A stretch of DNA of 64,000 nt. It comes from an uncultured delta proteobacterium. GTDB taxonomy: Bacteria > Myxococcota > Myxococcia > Myxococcales > Myxococcaceae. The stretch spans positions 32,001-96,000 of the forward strand of contig CAVYSY010000025.1 in assembly GCA_963771175.1 (NCBI GenBank), in the 5' to 3' direction. The notes under the pieces are model-generated. The model was given only the letters and a program-made list of their open reading frames with translations. It was not told the DNA's origin and ran no database searches. Position 1 is the stretch's first letter. The number at the start of each line of letters is the position of its first letter. Shown here in pieces: positions 11,258 to 20,138 of this stretch. Position numbers and translations under genes: made by a program.

Positions 11258-11283
11258 GTGGAAGCGGCAGGAATCGAACCCGC
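11258..11283 (-). mobile_element. Degenerate tmRNA (ssrA) 3'-end fragment, att scar
   Basis: Minus strand GCGGGTTCGATTCCTGCCGCTTCCAC resembles the tmRNA end GCGGGTTCGATTCCCGCCGCCTCCACCA; no tmRNA body present. Confidence 0.6.
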
Positions 11284-11299
11284 CGCCGGAGGCTTCCTC

Positions 11300-12697
11300 G
11301 TGTCGCCTGCCGGCAGCCGCAGCCTGCACAGCACCCCACGGGAGAGGTCTTCTACAGCTACGACGCCTTCGGCCGTCAGGACACGCGGACCTTCACCGAC
11401 ACGCTGGGCGGCACCTACGTCGAGAAGTCCCAGCGCCACGCCGACGGCACGCTCGGGGTGCTCGAGTTCTACCTGCCCGACGCGTCCTACAAGCCGGAGA
11501 GGGTCTACTACACCTACGACTCCGCCCGCCGCCTCAACGCAATCCAGTACACGGATACGCGTGGCGCGAGACAACTCTTCACGGCGGAGGACATCGATCC
11601 GTTCGGCCACGTGCGCAAGGCCAACCACGGAGGCGTGGCCACCTTCGAGGCGCTCTACTCCGACCTGGGACGCCGGCTGCTGAACCAGGCGGCCGTCTCC
11701 TCCATCCACGGCTCCCGGAGCATCATCTACCTCGGGTACGATCCCCTGGGCCGCGAAACGGTGCGGCGAGAGATCACGAATGGCGCCCTCACGGGCCCCA
11801 AGACCAACGTCGGCTACGACGCGCTCGGCAGGCTCTCGTCCTCACTGCGCACCACCGGAAAATTCATCCACTCCAACTGGCAGTACACGTATGACGCGCT
11901 CGGCAACGTGCTGACGCAGAACGATCTGCTGGGCTCCAGCGATGCGACGCTCAGCTACCGCACGGGCGACCGCGACCGGCTGTGCCGCATCGGGTATGGC
12001 AACAACGGCCTGGGCGGCACCTCCTGCAACGTGAGCCATGATGGCCTGGGCAACGTGTTGGAGCAGCCGACACGGACGGGCGTGCGCAGGCTCCAGTACT
12101 TCCCGTCGGGCGACGTGCGCTCCATCTCCGAGCCGTCCGGAGATGCCTTCTTCCGCTACGGCGCGCTTGGCACCGTGCGGGAGCTCGATCTGCGGGTCAC
12201 CGCCGCCGAGGCCCGGAACGAGTGGAAGTTCGGGGGCCTCATCGAGCGCAAGGAGCAGGTGATCGGCGGCACGCTCACGTCGGTCATCACCCGCAACATT
12301 CCGGGCCCGGGTGGCATCGTCGCCAGCCGGCGAGGCACCGCGGACGACTGGATCTTCCACTTCGGAGAGATGCGTGGCGCACGGTTCTCCACCGACAACA
12401 GGGGAGCCTTCGTCCAGGACATCGACTACCAGCCGTTTGGCGAGGCGTGGTCCACCGGGCTCGCGCAGCCGGGCACCCTGCTCTACTCGAGCGCCCAGTG
12501 GAATGGGGGAGACACGCTCGCGTCCTTCAGCCTGTCACAGCTCGGCGCGCGCCTCTACGATCCGGTGGTGGGCCGGTTCCTGAGCCGGGATCCCCTCTTC
12601 GTCCCCCGTACCGCGGCCACCACCAATCCCTATGCGTTCGCGATGAACGACCCGATCAACCTGTCCGATACCACCGGCCTGGATCCGTCCTGCATCG
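11300..12697 (+). pseudogene. RHS/YD-repeat protein fragment with RHS-associated core, lacking both N-terminus and toxin tip
   Basis: Repeated YxYDALG(R/N) motifs; core ARLYDPVVGRFLSRDP..NPYAFAMNDPINLSDTTGLD. Confidence 0.85.
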
Positions 12698-12811
12698 CGC
12701 GGCCTCTGCACCGGCCGGGCTCACAACTCGGGCGGCCTCCATCAGCGGCCCTCCTCGGCCCCTCGGCTCCTGCCCTCCTCCCTCAACAGGCCTTCACTCC
12801 GTCCTATGCTC
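12698..12811 (+). mobile_element. Solo oriIS-end copy of the IS91/ISCR element
   Basis: 12751..12811 matches 9602..9662 at 59 of 61 positions; 12698..12750 resembles about 9470..9520. Confidence 0.9.
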
Positions 12812-13549
12812 TGAAGGAGTGGTAGGTGGTGTCGTTGCGCTGCCACTCCCAGTTGCGCGGGTAGCGCAGGCCCCCGGCCTTGAGCGACCAGGACTGGAAG
12901 AACAGGCGGGTGCGTACGTCGCCCCAGACGCTCCAGAACATGTCGGACGGGTGGGCATCCTCGGCCTCCACCAGCGTGGGCAGCCCCGTGTGGGCATTGA
13001 GATAGAGGCGCACCGCCGCGCGGCCGTGGTGGAACGTCACCACGTGGTGCGGCACGTCCTGCAGCACCGAGTCCGGCGCGCCGCGCAAGTCCGCGGCGTC
13101 CAGGGCGGTGAGCAGCACGCGCTCTGGGGCGAAGTCGAGCCGCTCGCGCATGTCCTGGAGCTGGGCGCCGCCGGCGGGGCGCGGCTTCCCTTCGACGTCC
13201 ATGGCGACCACGTCGCCGTCCATCAGCATCGTCAGCGCCCGCCAGGTGCCCGGTCTCCCGGCGCCCCGGCGCCCCGGCTCTCCGTCTTCTGGCGCAGGCG
13301 GTGGCGGGCGGGGACGAGCAACTCGTCGAGCTGCTCGTAGATGACGAGCCAGGGCGCGGCGGGGCGCTCGAACTGCTCGAACAGGTTCCAGTGGCCGATG
13401 CCCTGGACGCGCAGGCTGGAGAGGGCCCGGAGCCGGGCCTCGCCGCCCATGGCCTCGGCGGCGGCCCGCACGCGGGCGCGGGCGTCGTCGGCGGCGGAGG
13501 CGGGGAGGGCAATCAATAGCAGCAGGGAGAGGAGGACGGTTCTTCGCAT
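12812..13549 (-). pseudogene. N-terminal part of a secreted protein (probably the large MBL-fold-associated type), 3'-truncated at the IS end
   Basis: Signal peptide MRRTVLLSLLLLIALPASA; AMGGEARLRALSSL..WGDVRTRLFFQSW..GLRYPRNW. The frame runs into the oriIS copy. Confidence 0.6.
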
Positions 13550-13763
13550 GGCGCCAGGATGGCGCGGCACGAGGCCCCGCTTCCGCCCCATGCTGCCAAG
13601 GGGAGGCGGTCCACGGAGCTCTGGATGATGCCCCATTGCAGCAGCAGGTGGAGCAGGCAGAAGGACTCGAGGGAGTCGCGGACGCCGCGAAAATACCTCG
13701 ATAAATCCAGCGGGACGCTTCCCGACGTAGCCGAGGATGAAACACAGACAAGGAGCGTCACAC

Positions 13764-14108
13764 ATGCTTCGTTCTCATCGTCGGCGCTTCACGTCCGTCA
13801 TTACTGCGGCCGTCTTCATCCCCGCCTTCGTATCCAGCGCCGCCCTCGCGGCCGATCCATCCGCGGAAACATCGGACTCGGGAGTGCTCCGTCCGTGCGA
13901 TACCCGGCCACGCACCACGAGCGGCTTCGGTTTCGAGTGCCCGGAGCCGTACGCACTGGCAAACGCGTTGTGCTCCCTCGACCCTCAATTCAACGGCGCC
14001 ATCGTCGACTCGTTCAGCTGCAAGCCCATCCCGGGCTCCACGCTCTTCAGCTACTCGCTGACCTACCGTTGCACTCGGCCGGAGCCGTGCAGAAGAGGCA
14101 TCGACTGA
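13764..14108 (+). CDS. Small secreted Cys-rich hypothetical protein
   Basis: AGGAG RBS, signal peptide ending AALA, six Cys in the mature part. Confidence 0.6.
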   Translation: MLRSHRRRFTSVITAAVFIPAFVSSAALAADPSAETSDSGVLRPCDTRPRTTSGFGFECPEPYALANALCSLDPQFNGAIVDSFSCKPIPGSTLFSYSLTYRCTRPEPCRRGID

Positions 14109-14109
14109 T

Positions 14110-14315
14110 GCTCCGCCGCCGAAGCCACAGGAGGCGAGCCCAGCGCCTGAGGCAGCGGCGAAGGCGGAACCGAAGAAGGAGCGGACGCCGCGATTGGATG
14201 GGGCCGGGCTGCGACGCAGGACGGAAAGCGCTGGAGGTGTTCGCCTGCGTCCGGTGTGGAGGCAGGCGCCGGGTGCTGGCGTACCAGACGGCACCCGACA
14301 GGGTGCGCGCCATTA
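14110..14315 (+). mobile_element. Degenerate IS91/ISCR transposase 3' remnant
   Basis: [39 protein letters not shown], nucleotide-similar to about 9110-9300. Confidence 0.85.
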
Positions 14316-14394
14316 CCAGAAGCCCACGCCCGAGGACTGCCAGGAAGCGCTCGTCCACTCTACCGCGATCGAGAATCGCGAGCGGTGGTTTAGC

Positions 14395-14630
14395 TGTTCC
14401 AGCTCGGCACTGTGCTTCTCGTCGCCTCCCCCTTCTGCTTGCTCTGGTTGGTGCGTCCCGGTGTCGCCGCCATCGTGAGTGCAATGACGTTCCAGGGTCG
14501 AGGTCACCGTCTCGAGACGGTAGCGCCGGTGCCCTTCCGTGGCCCCTTCGATGTCCTGGCGCGGATCTTCGTCGAGCAGTGGGTGACGTTTCCCCGCTTC
14601 GTGTTCTCGGGCGGCTTCGCCCGCGCGTGA
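14395..14630 (+). pseudogene. C-terminal fragment of a small membrane protein (DUF962/Mpo1-like)
   Basis: QGRGHRLE..PFRGPFDVLARIFVEQWVTFPRFVFSGGF; 5' part absent. Confidence 0.45.
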
Positions 14631-14710
14631 CGCGCGACGCGGAGCGCCGGTACTCCTCACGATGGCGTAGGCTCGGGGGATGCAGCGCAACTCAAGAGAG
14701 GACGGTCGTG

Positions 14711-15160
14711 ATGAAGGACCCGGTGCAGAGCAACACGTCGACGAAGACGCAGATCCGCGTCACCCACCGTTTCAGCGCCTCGGCCGAGCGCGTCTTCGAT
14801 GCGTGGCTGGACCCGGCCCGGGCGGGGCGCTGGCTGTTCGCGACCCCCACGGGCCAGATGGTGCGCGTGGAGATCGACGCCCGGGTGGGCGGCGGCTTCT
14901 CCATTGTGGAGCGTCGCGACGGCGAGGACGTGGCGCATGTGGGCAAGTACCTGGAGCTCGAGCGCCCCCGCCGCCTGGTCTTCACGTTCGCCGTCCCGAA
15001 GTACTCGGCGGACTCCGACGTCGTCGAGGTGGACATCGTGCCGCTGGAGGGGGGCTGTGAGCTGACGCTCACGCAGATGCTGAGCCCCGAGTGGAAGGAA
15101 CAGACGCGGCAGGGCTGGGCCACCCTGCTCGAGCGGCTTGCCGCCGTGGTGGGAACGTAG
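14711..15160 (+). CDS. SRPBCC/AHSA1-domain protein
   Basis: ASAERVFDAWLDP..IDARVGGGF..GKYLELERPRRLVFTF..QGWATLLERL. Confidence 0.9.
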   Translation: MKDPVQSNTSTKTQIRVTHRFSASAERVFDAWLDPARAGRWLFATPTGQMVRVEIDARVGGGFSIVERRDGEDVAHVGKYLELERPRRLVFTFAVPKYSADSDVVEVDIVPLEGGCELTLTQMLSPEWKEQTRQGWATLLERLAAVVGT

Positions 15161-15221
15161 GCTCTTCAGCGCGTGTGCTATAAGAGGGTAGAATGAAGGG
15201 GATGCCTCTTGGGCTCCTCAC

Positions 15222-15686
15222 ATGGGTTCGCCGACTTCTATTCTCGTGGACGATTCGCTCTGGCCCCTGCTCCGGGTGACGTTCCCGCGAGTGATCACCC
15301 ATGAGCAACAAGGCGAGCTGTTCCAGCGCATCCTGTCCTATCTGAGGCGGGGGGAACGGCACGTCACCTTGGTGGACTTCCGCCTGCTCCAATCGCTCAC
15401 CTTCGAGCAGCGCGAGCAGCAGTGGACCTTCCTGCGATCGCAGGAAGTGCTGATGCGCCAGTGGTCGATGGGGATTGTGGCACTCATCAACTCTCCGCCC
15501 CTGGCGCTGGTCGCCCGGATCGTCGTCCACCGCGTCAAGCCCTCGGTCGTGCCGTATTCCATCCTGGCCTCGTGGCCGGCGGCGGTGTCGTGGGCGGCGC
15601 ACCGGCTGGAGGATAGCGGTCTGGGCGAGCACGCCTGGCGGGTACGGCAACGTCTCGGCGCATCTTCCGCGGGTCTCGTGGGCTGA
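15222..15686 (+). CDS. Myxobacterial hypothetical protein (STAS/SEC14-like)
   Basis: DDSLWPLLRVTFP..AAVSWAAHRL pattern; TAGAAT -10-like box upstream. Confidence 0.65.
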   Translation: MGSPTSILVDDSLWPLLRVTFPRVITHEQQGELFQRILSYLRRGERHVTLVDFRLLQSLTFEQREQQWTFLRSQEVLMRQWSMGIVALINSPPLALVARIVVHRVKPSVVPYSILASWPAAVSWAAHRLEDSGLGEHAWRVRQRLGASSAGLVG

Positions 15687-15736
15687 GTGCTGGATGCGGT
15701 GGTTGTGGAAAAGATCAGGAAGGACCCGGAGTGCCA

Positions 15737-16348
15737 GGTGAGGAACGGCTTGTCGCGGCGCGCGCTGGCCTGGTGGATGGCCTGGGCCGCCTGGCTCTTG
15801 CCAGTGCCCGTCTCCCCTCCCAGCAGCACGGTGACGTCGGCGGCGGCGGCGCGCTCCATCCGCGCGAAGCACGCGCGCATGGCCGCCGAGGCGCCCACCA
15901 ACGAGCCGAAGCGGGTGGACTCGGAGAGCGGCAGCCGGTTGCGCTCGGGGCTGAAGTCGAAGCGCACCGTGACGCGCCCCAGCCTCAGGACGCTCCCGCC
16001 CCGCAGGAAGCCCTCCAGCACCTGCACCCCATCCACCACCACCCCGTTGAGGCTGTCCAGGTCTCTCACCCGCGCCCCGTCCTGGCCGATCCGCACCTCG
16101 CAGTGGAAGCGCGACACCGTCTCGTCGTCGAGCACCACGTCATTGAGCGGGTGCGAGCCGAGGGAGCAGCGATCCGCGCCCGACTCCCAGACCGCGCCTG
16201 GCAGGGGGCCCTCGACGACGGTGAGTCGGAAGCGGCGCACCGAGGCCGGGTCGAGGCGCCTCCGCGGGCCGTGGGGCTGGGTGACGTGGGGCTCGGAACG
16301 GTGGAAGGCAGGCCCGGACGCGGCGGGGACTGCGGCCTTTGGGTCCAT
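15737..16348 (-). pseudogene. FHA-domain sigma54 enhancer-binding protein, truncated after Walker A
   Basis: FHA motifs (VSRFH, DLDSLNG), then VLLGGETGTGKS..IHQASARRDKPFLT. Homology stops before GAFTGA. Confidence 0.8.
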
Positions 16349-16446
16349 CTCGCGGTGGGTTGTCCGGCTCACGGATGCGCCGCTTGCTCTCGACAACCCC
16401 GCCGCTGTGCTATTTCCCTGCGGGTCTTCAACCAGGAGGAAGCCAT

Positions 16447-17028
16447 ATGGCGGGCAAGAAGCTGCTGATGCTGGTGGGCGACTATGTCGAGGACTACGAG
16501 GTGATGGTGCCGTTCCAGGCGCTGCAGGCGGTGGGGCACACCGTCCATGCCGTCTGCCCGGACAAGAAGGCTGGCGACACGGTACGCACCGCCGTGCACG
16601 ACTTCGACGGAGCGCAGACGTACAGCGAGAAGCCGGGCCACAACTTCGCCGTCAACGCCACTTTCGCGGAGGTCGAGGCCGCTCACTACGACGGCCTGGT
16701 GATTCCGGGTGGCCGGGCCCCGGAGTACCTGAGGCTCAATCCGAAGGTGATCCAGGTGGTCCGCCACTTCGCCGAGGCGAACAAGCCCATCGCCGCCGTC
16801 TGCCACGGGCTGCAGGTGCTCGCGGCCGCTGGGGTGCTCGAGGGCAAGCGCTGCACGGCCTACCCTGCCTGCGGCCCCGAGGTGACGCTCGCCAAGGGCA
16901 CCTACGTGCAGGTGCCGGTGGATGACGCGGTGGTTGACGGCAACCTCGTCACCGCGCCCGCCTGGCCCGCGCACCCGAAGTGGATCGCCGGCTTCCTCCA
17001 GGTGCTGGGCACGCGCATCCAGCACTGA
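16447..17028 (+). CDS. DJ-1/PfpI family protein
   Basis: [42 protein letters not shown]. Confidence 0.95.
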   Translation: MAGKKLLMLVGDYVEDYEVMVPFQALQAVGHTVHAVCPDKKAGDTVRTAVHDFDGAQTYSEKPGHNFAVNATFAEVEAAHYDGLVIPGGRAPEYLRLNPKVIQVVRHFAEANKPIAAVCHGLQVLAAAGVLEGKRCTAYPACGPEVTLAKGTYVQVPVDDAVVDGNLVTAPAWPAHPKWIAGFLQVLGTRIQH

Positions 17029-17138
17029 GTTGCCTCACCTGGCAGTCCCGCGAACCGCGAACCGCCGACAGCCCGTGTGACGCTCCACGGGCTGACACTC
17101 ACGCCATTTCGTGTATCCGGTGATGGGGGGATGTAACC

Positions 17139-18026
17139 ATGATTCATGGCATCAACGAGGGTGTGACACCGCCCGAACGACAGGCGACGATGCGGCTGCG
17201 TGATGGTCGCGCGCTCTCCTGGTCCGAGTGGGGCTCCGTCGAGGGCCTCCCCGTCTTGTTCTGCACCGGAGCCGCGATGAGCGGGTGGCTTGGCTTTGGC
17301 GCGAACGACCTCCCGAGCCTCGGCTTGAAGCTCATCGCCATCGACCGGCCCGGCCTGGGCTCGAGCGACGCGCACCCGGACAAGACCCTGTCCTCCTGGG
17401 TGGAAGACACGCGGGAGCTCATCGCGGCGAATGACTTGCAGGACGTGACCGCCGTTGGCTTCTCGCAGGGAGCACCCTTCGCGCTGGCGCTCGCGGGGCA
17501 TGGCCTCGTGAAGGCCGTGGCGCTCGTGTCCGGGCAGGACGAGCTCGCTCACCCGCGCATGTTGCCGCTCCTCCATCCGGATGTGGCGGGGATGGTCCGT
17601 GCTGTTCAGCACGATGCCACGGGGTTCGAGCAGGCCTTCGCGCGGATGGCCACGCTGGAGGGATTGTGGCAGCTCATCATCGGCATGAGCGCGGAGCGCG
17701 ACCGCGAGCTGTACCTGAGTGAGCACTTCGGCGAGGCATACCAGCGATCCTTGCGGGAGGGATTCTCGCAAGGCGCGCGGGGGTACGCGCGAGACCTCGT
17801 CAACGCCCTGGGTCCGTGGCCGGTGGCGCCGGAACACATCACCGTTCCGGTGGATCTCTGGTACGGCGGCGCGGACACGAGCACGGTCCACTCCCCCGAT
17901 TTCGGCGCCACCCTCGCCTCACGGCTGCCGAACGCCTCACATACCGTGGATGCCGAGGAGGGCGGGTCGATCCTCTGGACGAGAGCCCGGGATATCCTCG
18001 CGAAACTCAAATCCAGACGTTCCTGA
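17139..18026 (+). CDS. Alpha/beta hydrolase
   Basis: LRDGRALSWSEWG, IDRPGLGSS, GFSQG nucleophile elbow. Confidence 0.9.
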   Translation: MIHGINEGVTPPERQATMRLRDGRALSWSEWGSVEGLPVLFCTGAAMSGWLGFGANDLPSLGLKLIAIDRPGLGSSDAHPDKTLSSWVEDTRELIAANDLQDVTAVGFSQGAPFALALAGHGLVKAVALVSGQDELAHPRMLPLLHPDVAGMVRAVQHDATGFEQAFARMATLEGLWQLIIGMSAERDRELYLSEHFGEAYQRSLREGFSQGARGYARDLVNALGPWPVAPEHITVPVDLWYGGADTSTVHSPDFGATLASRLPNASHTVDAEEGGSILWTRARDILAKLKSRRS

Positions 18027-18055
18027 CCCCCTCGTGCCGCTGGGAGGTTCCCCCG

Positions 18056-18745
18056 ATGAGCCACAGTGGTCCCATCCTGGTCGTGGAGGATGATCCTCCC
18101 ATCGCCGCGGGCCTCGTCCGTGGGTTGAAGCTCGCGGGCTTCCAGGTGGTGCTCGCCACCGACGGGCAGCTCGCGCTCGAAGCGGCGGAGCGGGAGAGGC
18201 CCACCCTGGTGGTGCTCGATCTCAACCTCCCGGAGCTGGATGGCTTCGAGCTGCTCGAGACCTGGCGGACGCGCCTGCGCGTCCCCATCATCGTCCTCAC
18301 CGCGCGGCAGGAACTCGAGGTCCGGCTGCGCTCCTTCGGGCTCGGGGCCGCCGACTACCTCGCCAAGCCCTTCTGGATGGAGGAGCTGGTCGCTCGCATC
18401 CGGGCGCGGCTCCAGCTCGTGGAGGAGGGCCCTCGGCGTGTGCTGCGCTGGGACGATGTGACGCTGGACCTCGATGCCCGGGTGGTGAGCCGCGAGGGCG
18501 TGGGCCCCCTGCCATTCACTCGCCATGAGCTGGACGTGCTCCTGTTCCTCGCCGAGCGCCCTGGCCGTGCCCTCACCCGGGAGCAGATCGGCAACCAGGC
18601 GTTGCCCGCCAACGAGGAGCGGGACGAGCGGACGCTGGACTCCCACATCGCGCGCATCCGCAAGAAGCTCGGGCCCGCGGGGGCGCGCATCAAGACGGCC
18701 TGGGGCATCGGCTACCGCTTCGAGCTGCCGGGGAGCGCGTCTTGA
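18056..18745 (+). CDS. OmpR-family response regulator
   Basis: ILVVEDD, LDLNLPELDG, ADYLAKPF, and winged helix DSHIARIRKKLG..TAWGIGYRF. Confidence 0.95.
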   Translation: MSHSGPILVVEDDPPIAAGLVRGLKLAGFQVVLATDGQLALEAAERERPTLVVLDLNLPELDGFELLETWRTRLRVPIIVLTARQELEVRLRSFGLGAADYLAKPFWMEELVARIRARLQLVEEGPRRVLRWDDVTLDLDARVVSREGVGPLPFTRHELDVLLFLAERPGRALTREQIGNQALPANEERDERTLDSHIARIRKKLGPAGARIKTAWGIGYRFELPGSAS

Positions 18746-20124
18746 GGCTCTGGGGGAGCCTGTCCCGGCGCATCCTCGTCTCGTCGGCCGTGCTGGGGCT
18801 GCTCGGGACGTTCGGCGCCTCGCTCCTGTCCATCATGACGGGCGTGGAGAGTGGACTCCGGCTCAGCACACGGGCCATGACCGAGGTCCTCTTGCGCGAC
18901 CAGGGAGAAGCCTGCCGCTCCTCTCTGGAGGGCTGGTCCATCCAGACGCGGGAGGGTGTGAGGGTGGAGGCTTTCGACGTCGCGGCCGCGTCCGGCAGGC
19001 GCCCGGATCCCGAACTGCTCGCGCGTCTGGCCCGGGGTGAAGAGCAACCCATCGCGTTCTACTTCCCGCTCTTCGACAGGAGCGCCACCTGGGGCGGGGC
19101 CGCGCTGGTCCGGGTGGCGGATGCCGGCCCCTGCAGCCTCATCCAGTACCGGTGGCCCATCTCCCCCGAGCGTCAGACTCGCGGCCGGTGGCTGTTCCTG
19201 GCTGCCGCGCTCACCTCCATCATCGCGGCGGCGCTGTCCACGCTCGTCGTCGTGCGCCCGCTCCTGCGGCGGTTGCGCGAGTTGCACCGCGCCGCGGGTG
19301 GCCTCGGGAGCGGCTCCTACGCGTCGGCGAGGGATGAGCTGCCCGACGAGATGGGCGAGCTGTCCCGGGTGCTCGATGCCACCCATGAGCGGGTCCTGGC
19401 GGACGCCGAGCGCATCGAGTCCCAGAAGCACGCGCTGGAGCGACACCTGGCGGACGTCTCCCATGACCTGAAGACGCCCCTCGCCTCGTTGCAGCTCGCG
19501 CTCGAGCTCGCGTCGGCGGCGCCCTCCGAGGAGGTCTCCGGGCTGCTGGTGCGGGGCCTCGAGGACACCGTCTACCTCACGGCCCTGGTGGAGAACCTCC
19601 GCCTGGCCTGTCAGCTCGGCGAGGGGGTGGATCCGCTCGCGGGGGATGCCCGGGCCGAGTTGGGACAGCTCGTCGAGCGCGTCGTCCGGCGGCTCGGGTT
19701 GCTGGCGCGGCGGCGGGAGCTCTCCCTGGAGGCCGCGCGACCCGACGACGAGGTCTGGGTGCACTGCAATCCCACGATGATGGAGCAGGCCATCGTCAAC
19801 CTGGTCCAGAACGCCCTCGCGTACGGGGACAAGGACGGCCACGTCGTGGTGGTGCTCCAGACCGTGGAACCCGGGCGCTTCCGGCTCACCGTGCTCGACG
19901 ATGGCCCGGGGCTGTCACCGGCCGAGCTGACGCGACTCGGGGAGCGCGCGTTCCGCTCGCCCGAGGCCCGACGGAGGGATCCTCGCGGGAGCGGGTTCGG
20001 GGTGGCCATCGTCCACGAGCTGTGCCGGCGTGTTGGCTTCGCGCTCTCGTTCAGCACCAACACGCCGCACGGCCTGAAGGTGGTCATCGAGGGAGCGAGC
20101 CTCCACACTCCCTCGGGACCTTGA
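18742..20124 (+). CDS. Membrane sensor histidine kinase (HAMP-HisKA-HATPase)
   Basis: Two TM segments, DEMGEL, SHDLKTPL, NLVQNA, DDGPG, GSGFGVAI. Confidence 0.95.
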   Translation: MRLWGSLSRRILVSSAVLGLLGTFGASLLSIMTGVESGLRLSTRAMTEVLLRDQGEACRSSLEGWSIQTREGVRVEAFDVAAASGRRPDPELLARLARGEEQPIAFYFPLFDRSATWGGAALVRVADAGPCSLIQYRWPISPERQTRGRWLFLAAALTSIIAAALSTLVVVRPLLRRLRELHRAAGGLGSGSYASARDELPDEMGELSRVLDATHERVLADAERIESQKHALERHLADVSHDLKTPLASLQLALELASAAPSEEVSGLLVRGLEDTVYLTALVENLRLACQLGEGVDPLAGDARAELGQLVERVVRRLGLLARRRELSLEAARPDDEVWVHCNPTMMEQAIVNLVQNALAYGDKDGHVVVVLQTVEPGRFRLTVLDDGPGLSPAELTRLGERAFRSPEARRRDPRGSGFGVAIVHELCRRVGFALSFSTNTPHGLKVVIEGASLHTPSGP

Positions 20125-20138
20125 TCGCGCCAGGTGCA

